Positions 12,559 through 24,613 of a DNA stretch of 64,000 bases are shown here, piece after piece. Where the stretch lies: assembly GCA_964106645.2 (NCBI GenBank), contig OZ067039.1. One strand, given 5' to 3'. The notes below the pieces were generated by a model. It saw only the letters and a program-made list of their open reading frames with translations. It did not search any database and had not been told where the DNA came from. The stretch's first letter is position 1; every line of letters starts with the position of its first letter. The translations under genes were made by a program, and so were the position numbers. The stretch is from Podarcis pityusensis (taxonomy: Eukaryota).

Positions 12559-13640
12559 GTGAGTGTGTTATTACTCAGAATGTGGAAACCATTACTTCTG
12601 CATTATGGTTACCTGTAATATCTTGAAAAATATTCATATTGTAATATTTTGTCCCTATGTTTGGGACAACATGTTATGTGGAATCCCCTTTTTATTAAAA
12701 GAACAATAGGGCATAGTAACATCTCTTCCAGAGATAGCAAATAAACCTGCTTGTTGTAAGTGTACCATATAAAGTGGTATTCAATTGCTCCATGATAGGA
12801 ACTTTTCGTATCATGCCACTCGTATACTGCTCTTCTACTTGGGAACGGGGGGCTTCAGATATTGGACTTAAACTCCCCTCACCAAACTCCCCTTAGCTAA
12901 ACTAGCTGGGGCTGATGGGAATTGGAGTCCAGCAACAACAACTGATGGGCCATAGGCTTTGAAAAGTTTATCCTTTTTTAAAAAAGGAACAAAGACCTGG
13001 GATTATATTCATGGATGGCAGAAATACTCAAAAGCAATGATAATTGCAGTATCTATAAAGTACAAATTTCCACAATACAAAACAAGGAATCATAAGGCAG
13101 GCTTGGGTAAACTGTTGTCATGAGGGCAAGACATCTTCCCAAGGAATCTCAGGGTTCAGATCTCATCATTGACCCCTGCTTCATAATATCAGTGAACCCA
13201 ATTCTAGAATTCTTAAGCCACATGAAGAAGTGTTGACGTTCAGGGAGGTGTAGCCCAGACATTCCAGTGCCTACTTCAGAAAGATTTGGATACAAGTAAG
13301 AGTTGAAGACAAGGACAATAAGTTAACAATATGCTTGCGCGAAACACTATTCCAAGTGAGGTCTAGTGGATAACCTGTTGGATTTGAATAAGGGAAGAGT
13401 GATTTTCTTCAGTACTCATTTTTTATTTCAGTTGTGAAGATTTATTTATTTATTTAGTTTGAAATTGCTTAGCTAAAGCAATGTACAGTACAATAAATGT
13501 GGAGAAATGCTACTTCTAAAGAAGAGCTGCTGTTAGATGATAAGTAATAAAATGACAGATACATATTTTTTTAAGCTGCTTTCTGAAGTCTGTGGCATAT
13601 ATTCAAGTCCAGCAAACTGATTTCTAATTTTCATCCTTAG

Positions 13641-13808
13641 GACAAGACTCTTTACCACCCAGTAAGTGGCAGCTGCATGGACTGTAGTGAGAGTGACCGA
13701 AAAATCTTCATGAGCACATGCAATCCTTCCTCTCCGACACAGCAGTGGATATTTGAACACACAAATTCAACAGTCTTGGAAAACTTTAACAAGAATCTTG
13801 ATCTTTAA
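13641..13808 (+). CDS. GALNT10: GALNT10 last coding exon (about exon 12) to stop
   Basis: ccttag| acceptor. Encodes [55 protein letters not shown] with TAA at 13806-13808. Confidence 0.95.
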   Translation, partial: DKTLYHPVSGSCMDCSESDRKIFMSTCNPSSPTQQWIFEHTNSTVLENFNKNLDL

Positions 13809-16800
13809 AGACTATCTATATGTATATATTACAGCTATAATTTTTACAGGGGAGATGACAAATTTTTTAAAAGAATAATTTTTTAAAAACAATAAAAGGG
13901 AAAATCTCAGGAGAGGGTGTGACTATCAGGCCAGTCTTTACTTTGATGATGCTGCATCCCATTAACAAGATGTCTAGAAATCTATATTGCTATAATTACA
14001 CCACAGATTGAAACCTAGTTCTCTAATGCAGGACCGTATCCTTTCATAATCTTCTAGTTTTTCAGCTATTAAGGTCACATCTAAGCCCGCGTATTTTTCA
14101 TAAGGGTAATGTGCAACTGTCATGAATTCTGCACCACATTGTCTCAAAGCCAAACCCATAGATCCATACAGCAGCCAAGGATTAGTGCTATGATAATGCA
14201 TATCTCCAGTCCAGATGGTTTAAGAGCAGTGTTGGCACTGGCTTTTTACACTGACCCTTAGTTTGGTGGCATGAAGTTGTTCATTGCACTGGAGCTCTTG
14301 AATAGAGCCCGTTCCCTACCAAGAGAGAGATTTGCAGTTGTTGGACTACAAACCCCATGGGGATTAGCTGCATGAGGAGCTGCAGCCAATCCTTGTCAAA
14401 AGTTGAATGCAAACCCCTTTCAACAGGCATCTTCCTTTGCAGCCCAGCTTGAGTTCAAACATAGGAAGAAAAGAGTCAGAAAGGCTCTTGGAGTACACTC
14501 CCAATTCTTTCATTTGAAGCTGGGCTGCCTGACATGGCGATGTCAGCTTATTGGCAGGTGGGTGGCCCTACCCACCTGTCAAAGTAGTCTACCTGGGAGG
14601 GGAGGGGAACTCAGGATCCCACCCACCAGACAGATCCTCTGCCAGACCCCTGAGTTAGGCAAATCAGCTGAGTCATGGATAATATACCTGTTCACGGACA
14701 TACGACTTGAACTCAAAAGACCCAGTTATACAGACAGAACTAGGGCTAAAATTCTAAGATTGCTGCATGAAATTTAATTCCCCAGTAACATGGGTGAGAC
14801 CGACTTCCAAATAAGTATGTTTTAAGATTGCAGTGAAATTCTTAGTGACGTACCTGTTAAACCAACTTATAGCATCCAGCCACACCTGGGGCTGCATGCA
14901 CAACAATATCCTACAAAAAAATGACAACTGCAGTGCTCTACAAAAGTAAAGGATACATACAGTGCAGCATCTTTCACAGCTTAGGCCTCCCTGCATCTCA
15001 TTCCAAATGACTTAAATGATCATCTTTAAAATCTTCATTGAAAATAACTGGAGTGTGATTCCTGTCAGTTTTTCATATTCACGAATTTGAATTTACAAAC
15101 TCCCCAGTTCTGTGTTAGCTGCAGTTTTACTCAGCATTCCCCATTGTCCAATATTTTTAGGTTAGTGAATTGGGCAAAATATTTTACAGCACAATTCTCT
15201 TGGCTTCAGTTAGACCTTGATATCATTAGTTTTTCTTGACGTAGTTAAACCTGCATTTTTGTTCAACTCAGGCTGAGATCTGTTTTAAAATATCACTAGT
15301 GATAGATGATTTCCTGTGGGGATTTTTAGAGGATTGTTTTTAATGCCTTCCCGTGTGTTAACAGGTGCTAATTTGCCTCTTCCAGTTCTACCTCACTAGT
15401 CTGTCACTGGTTATCAAAACAATGTCTCATGGTACACTCAGAAGATCAATTCATACTTAGGTTTATTTATTTTGTTCAGTTAAGGGAAATAATCTACATG
15501 CAGGGATTTCCTGTTAAGGACACCAATATGAAAGGAAAGAGCTGTTCTGGGTGTGAAGGCTTCCTTGTGCATATATAGACTGCTGGTCATGACCTCTTTC
15601 CTTTATTTCTTCCAACGCTAATTTCTTTCACCTCAATTCTGATCCCATGCTAGCTGAATTTTCTGCTCCTAGTTTGTTCCAGTCATCCTTATGTTTTTCC
15701 ATCAAAAGTAATATGTGTCTAATTTAGCAAGCTAGTACACCTTCAGTTAATGATACATCTAAGAACTAGTGCTGTTTGCAGTGGGCTACTAACCAGATGG
15801 CAAAGTAACAGGAATTTAAAAATTAAAAAGGCCATTAATTCATATTTCATATTCCCCGTTTAGCTGCAGAATCACATACCCTTCTACTTACTTCCCATCA
15901 TCTTTTTGTTCCCTGTAATGTTTTCTCTGCAATAAAACTGAAGGCCATTGTCTAGGCAGGGTGAAAACATAATTATGCTGAATAGTCAATACATAGGTTG
16001 AGTTGAAGTACTGTAATGTTTTAGTGTTCATGCAGTAGTAATCTTTACAACAGTCCTGCAAAGTAGACCAGTATTAGTGCAAGGCTGTCTAACAAGTTCA
16101 TGACTGAGGTGAGACTTTAATTTAGGGAGTTTTTATCTTGCAATCTCAGACACTTTACTATGTTGCTCTAGGAAAGTTTCTGTGATTGTTACTAACCTGC
16201 TGAAACCAAACACCAAAAGCCAGATGTTAAAATATTCTTAAGAGCTTCCTCTCTGCAGCAATATAAATACTTGTCAAGTTACAAAATATCTTAAACATAT
16301 TTAACTCTGGCTGAGTGGCGATCTCTGCACATAAGTAATGCATTCAATCCTGGAAACCCCAGGCAATGGTTTGAAAGCATTGTTAGCAGGCCACCTGTTG
16401 GTTGAGAAAAGAAAATGCATTTTACTACTTTTATCTGTAATTAATCTTCTGCTTTATTTATATTCATAATAACTAAAGCATGAGTCTATAAAACCGTATT
16501 TGCATGCATGATAAGGGTGTCAGATAACAAAACTGAAAATACTTTGCTCTTGAATATTTTAGGATGTGTAGCTAAGATTCCTGGTCACACTTCAGTTACT
16601 TGACCTCAACTTCCTTGTGCTAAGCAAAAAAACTGTTCAGTTGTGCTGACACTGAGGCTTTTGGAGGAAAGCAGTGTGCACAGTATTAACATGCACATTG
16701 GGTGTCCGTGTTTTGTTCCAGTCAGGCCTGATTTATACTTTTGATTTCAGCATAATTGCTGCTTGAGAAGCACCTCCACAGGATGGATCAAAGAGAGTGT

Positions 16801-17566
16801 AGTGGGGGGGACGGTGGGTAGGTTGAGCAAGCAGTTTGTGTGAAATGGCTCCCTACGTGGTTATAGTGATTTCAGTATGGCATCTCAATTCAAAAATCTA
16901 AAAGTTTTCAATGGTTTGGTTGAAATGTGTGGACTGAAATGTGTCTGTTGCTAGCAGTGATATTATCTGAATCCTTCAAAGCCATCTGAAGATCTTGGCT
17001 GCAGGAAATAACCCCATCTGGTTTAGAAAATTCTTGCATTCAAACATACACCTTTTGTGGTCTTAAGTAATGTTATCAAAATCAAATTTAACAGCATCAT
17101 TAAAATAAAGAAGTGCCTTTTTAAATGCAAATGTTCAGCAAGTACCTAAACTTGAACAATTTCCTAGTGCCTTGGACTGGAGTGGGATGTTGGATGTACA
17201 AGAGTACAGTACAATGTGCAATTAGTGATGTTTTAGGAAGATTTTTGTGTTTAAATATCCAATTTCAAGTTCATATTGTAGAATGGAAAGTTTATGGTCT
17301 TGGTTTAGAAAACCAGTTGCTAAGTTTCATTACTCAAAACAAAAATGGTGTAAAGGACATAAATGAGCATCCCTATATACCCCTGATGGCTGATTCTGAC
17401 AGTTTCGTAAGTGGCTCCTGATCCCAAATGTTGGCATACAAACATACAAGGTTCACCATGCAGTGTCTTCCACCAATAGTCTATGACACATATCAAAATA
17501 AATCAACAGGGTAGCTTCCATAAAATGTATGGGTCATTCATTAGAAATATTTGTCAATATCTAGTC

Positions 17567-17702
17567 CAGGCTTCCTCAACCTCGGTCCTACAGATGTTTT
17601 GAGACTATAATTCCCATCATTCCTGACCACTGGTCTTGCTAGCTAGGGATCATGGGAGTTGTAGGCCAAAAACATCTGGAGGGCCGAAATTGAGGAAGCC
17701 TG
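17567..17702. mobile_element. Palindromic hAT-type MITE (136 bp)
   Basis: TIR CAGGCTTCCTCAA...TTGAGGAAGCCTG with perfect 8-bp TSD ATCTAGTC at 17559-17566 and 17703-17710. Confidence 0.9.
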
Positions 17703-17983
17703 ATCTAGTCAGCATCATAACAGAGAAGCAGTAAAGCAACTTGTTTCCACCCTCATACATGCTTGAATACCTTTTTCAAAATGGTATCTGTTTCACTCAA
17801 CGGAGCAAACACCTGTAGAGTTTGACCCAAAAGCCTCTATACAGCATATCCCAAGCAGTTGAAAGGTTAGCTATCAGGACAATGTGTGAGTACTGTGTTC
17901 CTGTAGGCCATAGTGGTGTGACACAAATGGCTTTATTATTACAAGGATTTGTGGGCTATATAAAAAGACATATTTTCACCGTC

Positions 17984-18326
17984 AAACGGCCTCAGTACTG
18001 TATACCTGAAGAAGCATCTCCACCCCATTGTCCAGCCCGGACACAGATCCAGCGCCGAGGGCCTGCTGGTGGTTTCCTCGCTGCGAGAAGTGAGGTTACA
18101 GGGAACCAGACAGAGGGCCTTCTCGGTAGTGGAGCCTGCCCCGTGGAATGCCCTCCCAGCAGATGTCAAGGCAATAAGCAACTATTTTACTTTTAAGAGA
18201 CAACTGAAAGCAGCCCTGTTTAGGGAAGTTTTTAGTGTTTGATGCTGTATTGTTTTTAATATTCAGTTGGAAGCCGCCCAGAGTGGCTGGGGAAACCATA
18301 ATAATAATAATAATAATAATAATAAT
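17984..18326 (+). mobile_element. L2-clade LINE 3' end with (TAA)n tail
   Basis: Same family as 669-1032 in opposite orientation, ending in (ATA)n. Confidence 0.8.
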
Positions 18327-19901
18327 ATCATCAAAACAATACCGCAATTTGATTAGATTTTTGCTATGAAGCTGTGATGTAAAAAACAACAACAACCACA
18401 TCTGAAAAGAGCCGAAGACTTACAGTAGTTTGCTTTATGTTTCATAGAACCACTCACAGTACTAACATGGATATAACCACCCCTGGTTTAAGACAGTCTA
18501 AACTAGTGTAAGCAGTCTGATTAGCTTCTTAATATACTGTAATATCTAAACTAGCTGAATTCCTACTAATTTCAACAGGACTTGCTGCTTAGCATGTACA
18601 GAAATGCTCAAAGGCTTTGCTGCAGAGTCCTTCTGGGCACCCTATCAAATATGAAGAAGAGTTCTAGAAGGTTCCTTAACTTGTGGTAAACATTGAGGCA
18701 TTTTCCACCAATTTTATTTGATTGGAAAGTGCTTGGAAGATACTAACAGCATAGAGGTGTCTTCTCAACTTTGTGATTTTGCTTCTGTTTTGTGGGTAAC
18801 CATGTCCAAAATTAGATGTGATGGCAGCAAAAAAATGGGGAAGGGAGTCTTAAGAACAAAAAGAGTGTACCTGTGAGAGCCTGTGGAAAGAGTTTGTGTG
18901 CAGAGAGAAAGAGAAAGTGCTGAACCTTCTCCACACCTGCCACTCACCTTCCTGTGGCCCCTTCCTCACCAGTTCTTTGTTTCCCAGCCTGCCTTATTTC
19001 CTATATTAGAGCCTAGATGAGCGAAAATTGACATGGGGGGACAACCCACAAGGAGATGCTCTGAAGACAGGGTGAGTGGTTAGGGTTTAGCACATCTTCC
19101 CAAATAAACCTTTTAAATTATATCTGATACAAATTGCTTTATTTGTGATGGGAGGTAGAGAAGTGTAGCTGCAAATGCTCACATGTAGTTTGGCTTTAGA
19201 TTTTTCTAGGGTCTCAGTGTTATAAACTCTATATGATTTCTAAGATGTCACATGTAATCATATATGGAACAAGATGACAATTTAGATAAAAATTCATTAC
19301 CCATTAATAAAAGGCTTTTTGACCTGCATTCTGTTCAGGACCATCCTAATGCTTCTGTAGTCACCCAGAGATTTCCAGTTTCAATTTGATTAGGCTAGAA
19401 CCATGCAAGCACATTCCATTGTTGCAAATAGGTAGGAGCTTTTTATCCTAAATAAAATTATATTAACTAAATTAATGACATTGCATTGTATAATCAAGCT
19501 AACTGGCTAAGGTTGCAATTGTAACACCACTTACCTGGGAGTAAGCCCATTGACTTCAGTAAGCCTTACTTCTGAGAATAAATGGTAAGGATTATGTTGG
19601 AAAACACCATCTCTCTTCCAACAATAGTATCAAGGGGCCAACTATGTTTTGAGATGATGTTATACAGGGACTCTTTGTTTCGACATTGTAATGCATGCTT
19701 AACAGATTGTTTGAAATTGGATGTTGCAGCATAAACCAGTGTATTTATTTTGTGCATCTCAGGACACTGTCCTATTGTGTTGGGGGGAGGTAAAGAATGT
19801 CTAGCACTTTAATTTAGAATCTTTGATAAATTGGAAATCATTTGGGTGTAAGGTATAGTGTTTCTAAGAGATGAATGGACTTTCTTTTATAATATATTTA
19901 A

Positions 19902-19907
19902 AATAAA
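19902..19907 (+). terminator. Candidate distal poly(A) signal for GALNT10
   Basis: AATAAA with U-rich upstream sequence and a GU/U-rich downstream element (tgtattgtgtcttttt). Other AATAAA hexamers occur earlier (e.g. 13891, 15931), so the true 3' end is uncertain. Confidence 0.4.
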
Positions 19908-20139
19908 TTTGTATTGTGTCTTTTTCTGAACATCTTTGGAAGTGTTCTGTTTTGCATTAACCAAAGCATTTTATGTGGATATCTTCTGGATTGAATAGTG
20001 TCCTGAGATCATATTGCCTTCCAAAATGCACTCTCCAGTAGCTTCAAATCCCAGACTACAGACATTGACCTCTTGGTTTTTATCACTTTTTTAAAAACAT
20101 CAAGTATTTTTTCTGAAATTTGTTATACTAAAACATGAG

Positions 20140-20950
20140 ACTTAGAGAGTTGGGGTGTAGTGAGTTGCAAGAAACTGCCTCTCCCCACATGAACCATCTG
20201 AGACTTCGTGGTCTTCAACAAAGGCCTTCTCTAAGGGAAGTGTGGAAGGGTGACTACATAAGAACAAGCTGTTTCAATAGTGGCTCCCCATCTGTGGAAT
20301 GTTCTCCCCAGCGAAACATGTCTGGTGCCATCATTGTTGGTTTTTAGGCTCCAGGCCAAGACATTTTTATGTATCCAGGCTTTGATTGTTAAATTAGCTT
20401 TTATTCTGGTACTCACTTTTTAGTGGGGCAGGACTTTTACCTTCTTGTCTTGTTGGATGGGCATTTTACGAATGTTGTATGTCATTTAAAATTTGGCTTT
20501 TAATTGATTTTATCTGTGTTTTAAGTTGCTTTGAGACTGCTCTTGTTTTGTATCTAGCAACTAACAAATGCAATACATTATTTTTTATTCCACTTATATT
20601 CTGCTTAAAACCAGTGTCTAACATTAAACAATGAAGTTAGAGATACAATGGATAAAATCATTTAAATTCACCATAAAATCAGAAAGGCTTGTTTTAAAAA
20701 CCCCTACTCCAAAAAAAGAACAAATTCACCAGGTACCTGAAGTTCAGTAGCGGAGGGCCTGTCTGAACTCAAGCGGAAGAGGGGTCCACAGCATTGGCTC
20801 CACAATACTGAATGTGCAGCTCTGATAGATGAGAGCCCTGCATCTGAACCATGGTGGTCCGCTGACAGCAACTCTCCTTGACCTCAGTGATCAGGCAAGG
20901 ATATAATGCATTGCGATCAAAGTATCCTGGGCCCAAGATATTAGGAGCCT
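20140..20950. mobile_element. Two old L2-like 3' fragments in opposite orientation
   Basis: gtggctccccatctgtggaatgttctcccc on + (about 20280-20310) and a related degenerate segment on - (about 20580-20950). Confidence 0.45.
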
Positions 20951-21218
20951 TATGAAGTTTCCAGCCCCTCGTGTGCATAGACATTTGGTTCATGCTACAT
21001 GTGTGAGGGGGGTTTGACTGAAAAGAGCTGGCTACTTTGGTCTAGGGTGAGAGAAAGGTATCTCTGCTCCCCCTTGGATCCTGGGAAAGTCCTCCTGTCT
21101 GGGATTAGAGGTAACCTAAGGAAGAGTGGTGGAGCTGCTAAGAACCTCTGGCATGTCTGGTCTACCCAGACTAGCAGTTGGGGAAGGGAGTGAAAGCTCT
21201 TCTTGCCCCACCAACTTA

Positions 21219-21417
21219 CAGTGGTACCTCTGGTTACATACTTAATTCGTTCCGAAGTTCCGTTCTTAACCTGAAACTGTTCTTAACCTGAAGCACCACT
21301 TTAGCTAATGGGGTCTCCTGCGGCCGCTGTGCCACCGGAGCACGATTTCTGTTCTCATCCTGAAGCAAAGTTAGCGGAGTCTGTAACCTGAAGCATATGT
21401 AACCCCAGGTACCAATG
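21219..21417 (+). mobile_element. Tc1/mariner-pogo(Tigger)-type MITE, copy 1 (internally deleted)
   Basis: TA|CAGTGGTACCTC...GGTACCAATG|TA with internal TAACCTGAA repeats. Confidence 0.85.
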
Positions 21418-22186
21418 TATAGCCAAAACTCAAGTTTTTTGGCCCTCATTCAGTCCACCAGTCACCCATACAATGGTCCAGATCATGCGAGACTCCTGAC
21501 TCAGATGTTATAAATAGAACTGTGTTTCACTGGTGTACTAATGACATTTTGCCCCCAAACCCCTAATGACAGATCCCAGTGGATTCATACAGAAGCTGAA
21601 CATCATTGGCGACAAGATAGAACACCATAGTACAAAGATCATAGGGCTGAAAACACACATTTTTCTTACCTGTTGATTTCTGTTTAATAATAATAATACT
21701 AGATTATATTCCTTCTATATGGAATGATGACTCCCTCTGCTGGATTATGCAGGATAAATGCAGTCCATGGAGAATGCTGAGCAAATAAAAAAAATTCCCC
21801 TTCGAAATCTCAAAGCCCACACACTTGTTCTGGTCCCATACATACCCATTATATACTTCTATTTAAACTCAGAGGAGCTCTGCAAACATTTGTATCAGTA
21901 TCCTGTTATGTGGCCAATCCGCTCTCTGTATCATTTAGCCAATCCTAATCTAAGAATAAAGCCATTCTTGGAGAACTACCAACTCTTAATTAAGACTTTT
22001 CGGGCGGATTTGTCTCGTTTGCCTGTTCCTGATTCCAGCTCCAAGCGTGCCTCCGACCTCGGGCTCCCTGCTTTCCCGGACCCTAACCTGCTTCTTCCTG
22101 TCCTGGGGTCCCCATGGGGCTCGGAGTTTTGTCTCCTCCAAATTCTCCAGAATCTTTGCCCCCGCCAGTTCTTTTAACACCCTCGC

Positions 22187-22326
22187 CATGGACGTAGCCA
22201 GGATTTATTGGGGGGAGCAGAACCGAGTTATCTGCGACGCAACTGGTCAGTTACGGTTAGCTAAGTATTTTTATTTATTTAACTTGATTTAGGAGGGCAG
22301 CTGCCACCACCCTGGCTACGCCCATG
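22187..22326. mobile_element. hAT-like MITE with CATGG(A/G)CGTAGCCAGG TIRs
   Basis: CATGGACGTAGCCAGG...CCTGGCTACGCCCATG with degenerate 8-bp TSD (accctcgc/accttccc). Confidence 0.75.
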
Positions 22327-22609
22327 ACCTTCCCCTTTTCCCAGTTTCGCCCTTTCCACCCACCCACATACCCTAGTCGTCTTCCTTTCCTTACCAGGGT
22401 CTCTCGGATCCACCCCACTCGCGCCGCCGCAACTCCGTTCCTTTTCCTACATGCCTTTCTCGCCAGCTGCGGCAGATCCGAGCATCCAGAAGAGGGGATA
22501 GGACTAGCCCGTAGCTTTTTTTTAGTATTGACAAAGATTGCTGTGGTGCCTGTGAAAGACAGAGACAGGTTTAACGCAGACTCCTGCGCTGCCCAGGGTT
22601 GGACTAGAT

Positions 22610-22745
22610 TAAGCATAGGCAAACTCCGGCCCTCCAGATGTTTAGGACTACAATTCCCATCATCCCTAGCTAACAGGGCCAGTGGTCAGGGATGATGGGA
22701 ATTGTAGTCCGAAACATCTGGAGGGCCAGAGTTTGCCTATGCCTG
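22610..22745. mobile_element. Palindromic hAT-type MITE (136 bp), related to 17567-17702
   Basis: gcataggcaaactc...gagtttgcctatgc inverted arms. TSD GACTAGAT/GACTACAT. Confidence 0.85.
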
Positions 22746-22849
22746 GACTACATGACTCTCAGGGTCCCATTCAACCAAGTGTATTTATGTACAATATTAA
22801 ATCCACCCAATGCAGTCCACCCGCTTTTTAAATTGTTACAAGGCGCTCC

Positions 22850-24140
22850 TTTTTCGGGTTAGGTCTTAAGCAGCGCAACCTTAAGCGTGTTTACTCTGAT
22901 GTCAGTTGTTGTTTTTTCCCTCGCTCTGCATGTAAAACAGGCTTCGGAGCTGCATCCGAAACTTCCTCCCTCCGCCCTGCCAGCCTCCCTCCCTCCCCTC
23001 CCCTCCGCTTTCATTCTATGTGCGGACTTCAAACACTCTCCTAGCAACCGCCCCCATCGCAGGAAACAGCCTATCGCCGCAGACGGACAGCCGCTCCGCC
23101 GAATAGGCCGTGCGTGCGGCGGCACAGTTCCCGGCCTTCCGCACTCGAGCAACCAATGGCTGCTCGGAGACGGGACTTCCGGCAAAGGTGGAGGAGGCGG
23201 AGCGGGCAGGTTTTTGTGTGTGTGTGAGAGAGAGAGAGTAAAGAGAAGGCGAAGAGAGCAGAGAGCAGACAGTCGCTGGCTCCCTCGGGAAGGCGGGGGA
23301 GGTCCGGCTCTCCCTGCTCGGGCGGCGGAGGGCAGGCAGCAACGGCCACCTCCACCTCACGAGGCTGCCGACAGCGGGGGGGGGGGGTCTCCGAGTGAAG
23401 GGAGCTTGAGCGGCGCCCGCTTCTGTTGTTGCCAAGGGAGGGAGGGGGTCGCCTGTCAGGAGTTGCTCTCTGAGAGGCCGGTGGAGGGGGGGCGGCAGGG
23501 CGGAGGCGAGTGTCCCCCTCGGGGGCGGCGGGGCAGAGTCCCGGGGAGGACGAAGGGGGTTGGGGAGGTTGCGGTGTGGTCGGAAAGGGCGTTTGTGGTC
23601 CGAGGATGGAAAGAGAGTGGGTTTTGTAAAAGAGCGGGGAGAGGGGCGGCTGCCCCACAGACGGTTTCTGTGGGTCCCTCGCGGTGTGACACACTCGACG
23701 GGTGGGGGGAGGAAGAGGTGGAGGTTTCCTTGGGGGGAGCTGGGAAAGGCTATAAAAGGGGCGCGGGGAGGAAGTGTCCTGCTGACAGTCTGCTTTGCAA
23801 TGTCCCTTTAAGGCAGGTGGATAAGCCCAGGGTCGGATAGGCCGGGGGGGGGGGAGGGCTTCGCAAAACCCGGGCGAAGTAGCCCAGAGGCGGGGAGGGT
23901 CGCTGCCCGCCTGCCTTCGCTTTCTCTCCGCGGGGCTGGGGGGAGGCTGCGATGAATGGTTTCAGCACTGAGGAAGACAGTCGGGATGGGCCTCCCACCA
24001 CCCCTTTCTACGGACAGAGTTGCTGCCTTATCGACGACGGGGACCGCTGCGTCCGCCCGGCTGGCAATGCCTCCTTCAGCAAGAGGATCCAGAAGAGCAT
24101 CTCCCAAAAAAAGCTGAAGCTGGATACTGACAAAAGCGTG
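22850..24140 (+). promoter_or_regulatory. SAP30L CpG-island promoter and 5' UTR
   Basis: Sharp rise in GC and CpG. CCAAT at 23153-23157, ETS/GABP-type ACTTCCGG at 23175-23182, GC boxes, and TATAAAAG at 23751-23758. Confidence 0.8.
23952..24137 (+). CDS. SAP30L: SAP30L (Sin3A-associated protein 30-like) coding exon 1
   Basis: Encodes [62 protein letters not shown]. Donor |gtgagt at 24138. Confidence 0.96.
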
Positions 24141-24573
24141 AGTTGTGCTGGGGTGAGGGGTGGGATTGCCTCGATGTGCTGCATTTCTCTGTGTTTGCCC
24201 TTTCCTGAGAATAATCTCAGATGTTGTTGGTGTTGATCTAATAGCTAGCTGCTGCAGCAAAAGCTTCGAAAGGTTTGTGGAGGCTTTTGGTTGCAGTTTT
24301 CAGGCCACCCATCGTTGGAAATGAGCAGTGCTTTAGCAGTACACAAACTGCATTCACTGTAACTTACAATAACTATAACTGGTTTTTTAAAAATAGTTGA
24401 AATGAGAGCATGTTGCCTCTACAGTACTTATGTCTTATGTTTCTAGCGTGGAAACCCACGTAGATAGAGATTTTGCTTCTTTTTTGTTATAGGAAGAGAG
24501 TCTAGAACATCTTATGTGGTCTCTAACTACATACTATATTTTTGTCCAGTCTAGCTTTATAAAGTTATGCTGA

Positions 24574-24579
<6 letters not shown>

Positions 24580-24610
<31 letters not shown>
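24580..24610. repeat. (GA)n microsatellite
   Basis: Directly visible. Confidence 0.9.

Positions 24611-24613
<3 letters not shown>

Noticed and set aside
33-13808. Assignment to paralogue GALNTL6, and of the other genes to SAP30 or HAND2
   Set aside because: Diagnostic residues ([30 protein letters not shown]), compact introns and gene order fit the GALNT10/SAP30L/HAND1 copy.
21986-22189. Minus-strand 67-aa ORF with a good start context
   Set aside because: Its ATG is the CATG end of a MITE terminal repeat, and there is no homology or exon evidence.
22887-23840. 317-aa ORF and overlapping ORFs on both strands upstream of SAP30L
   Set aside because: Low-complexity Pro/Gly/Arg translations expected from a stop-poor CpG island, non-ATG starts, and no recognisable domain.
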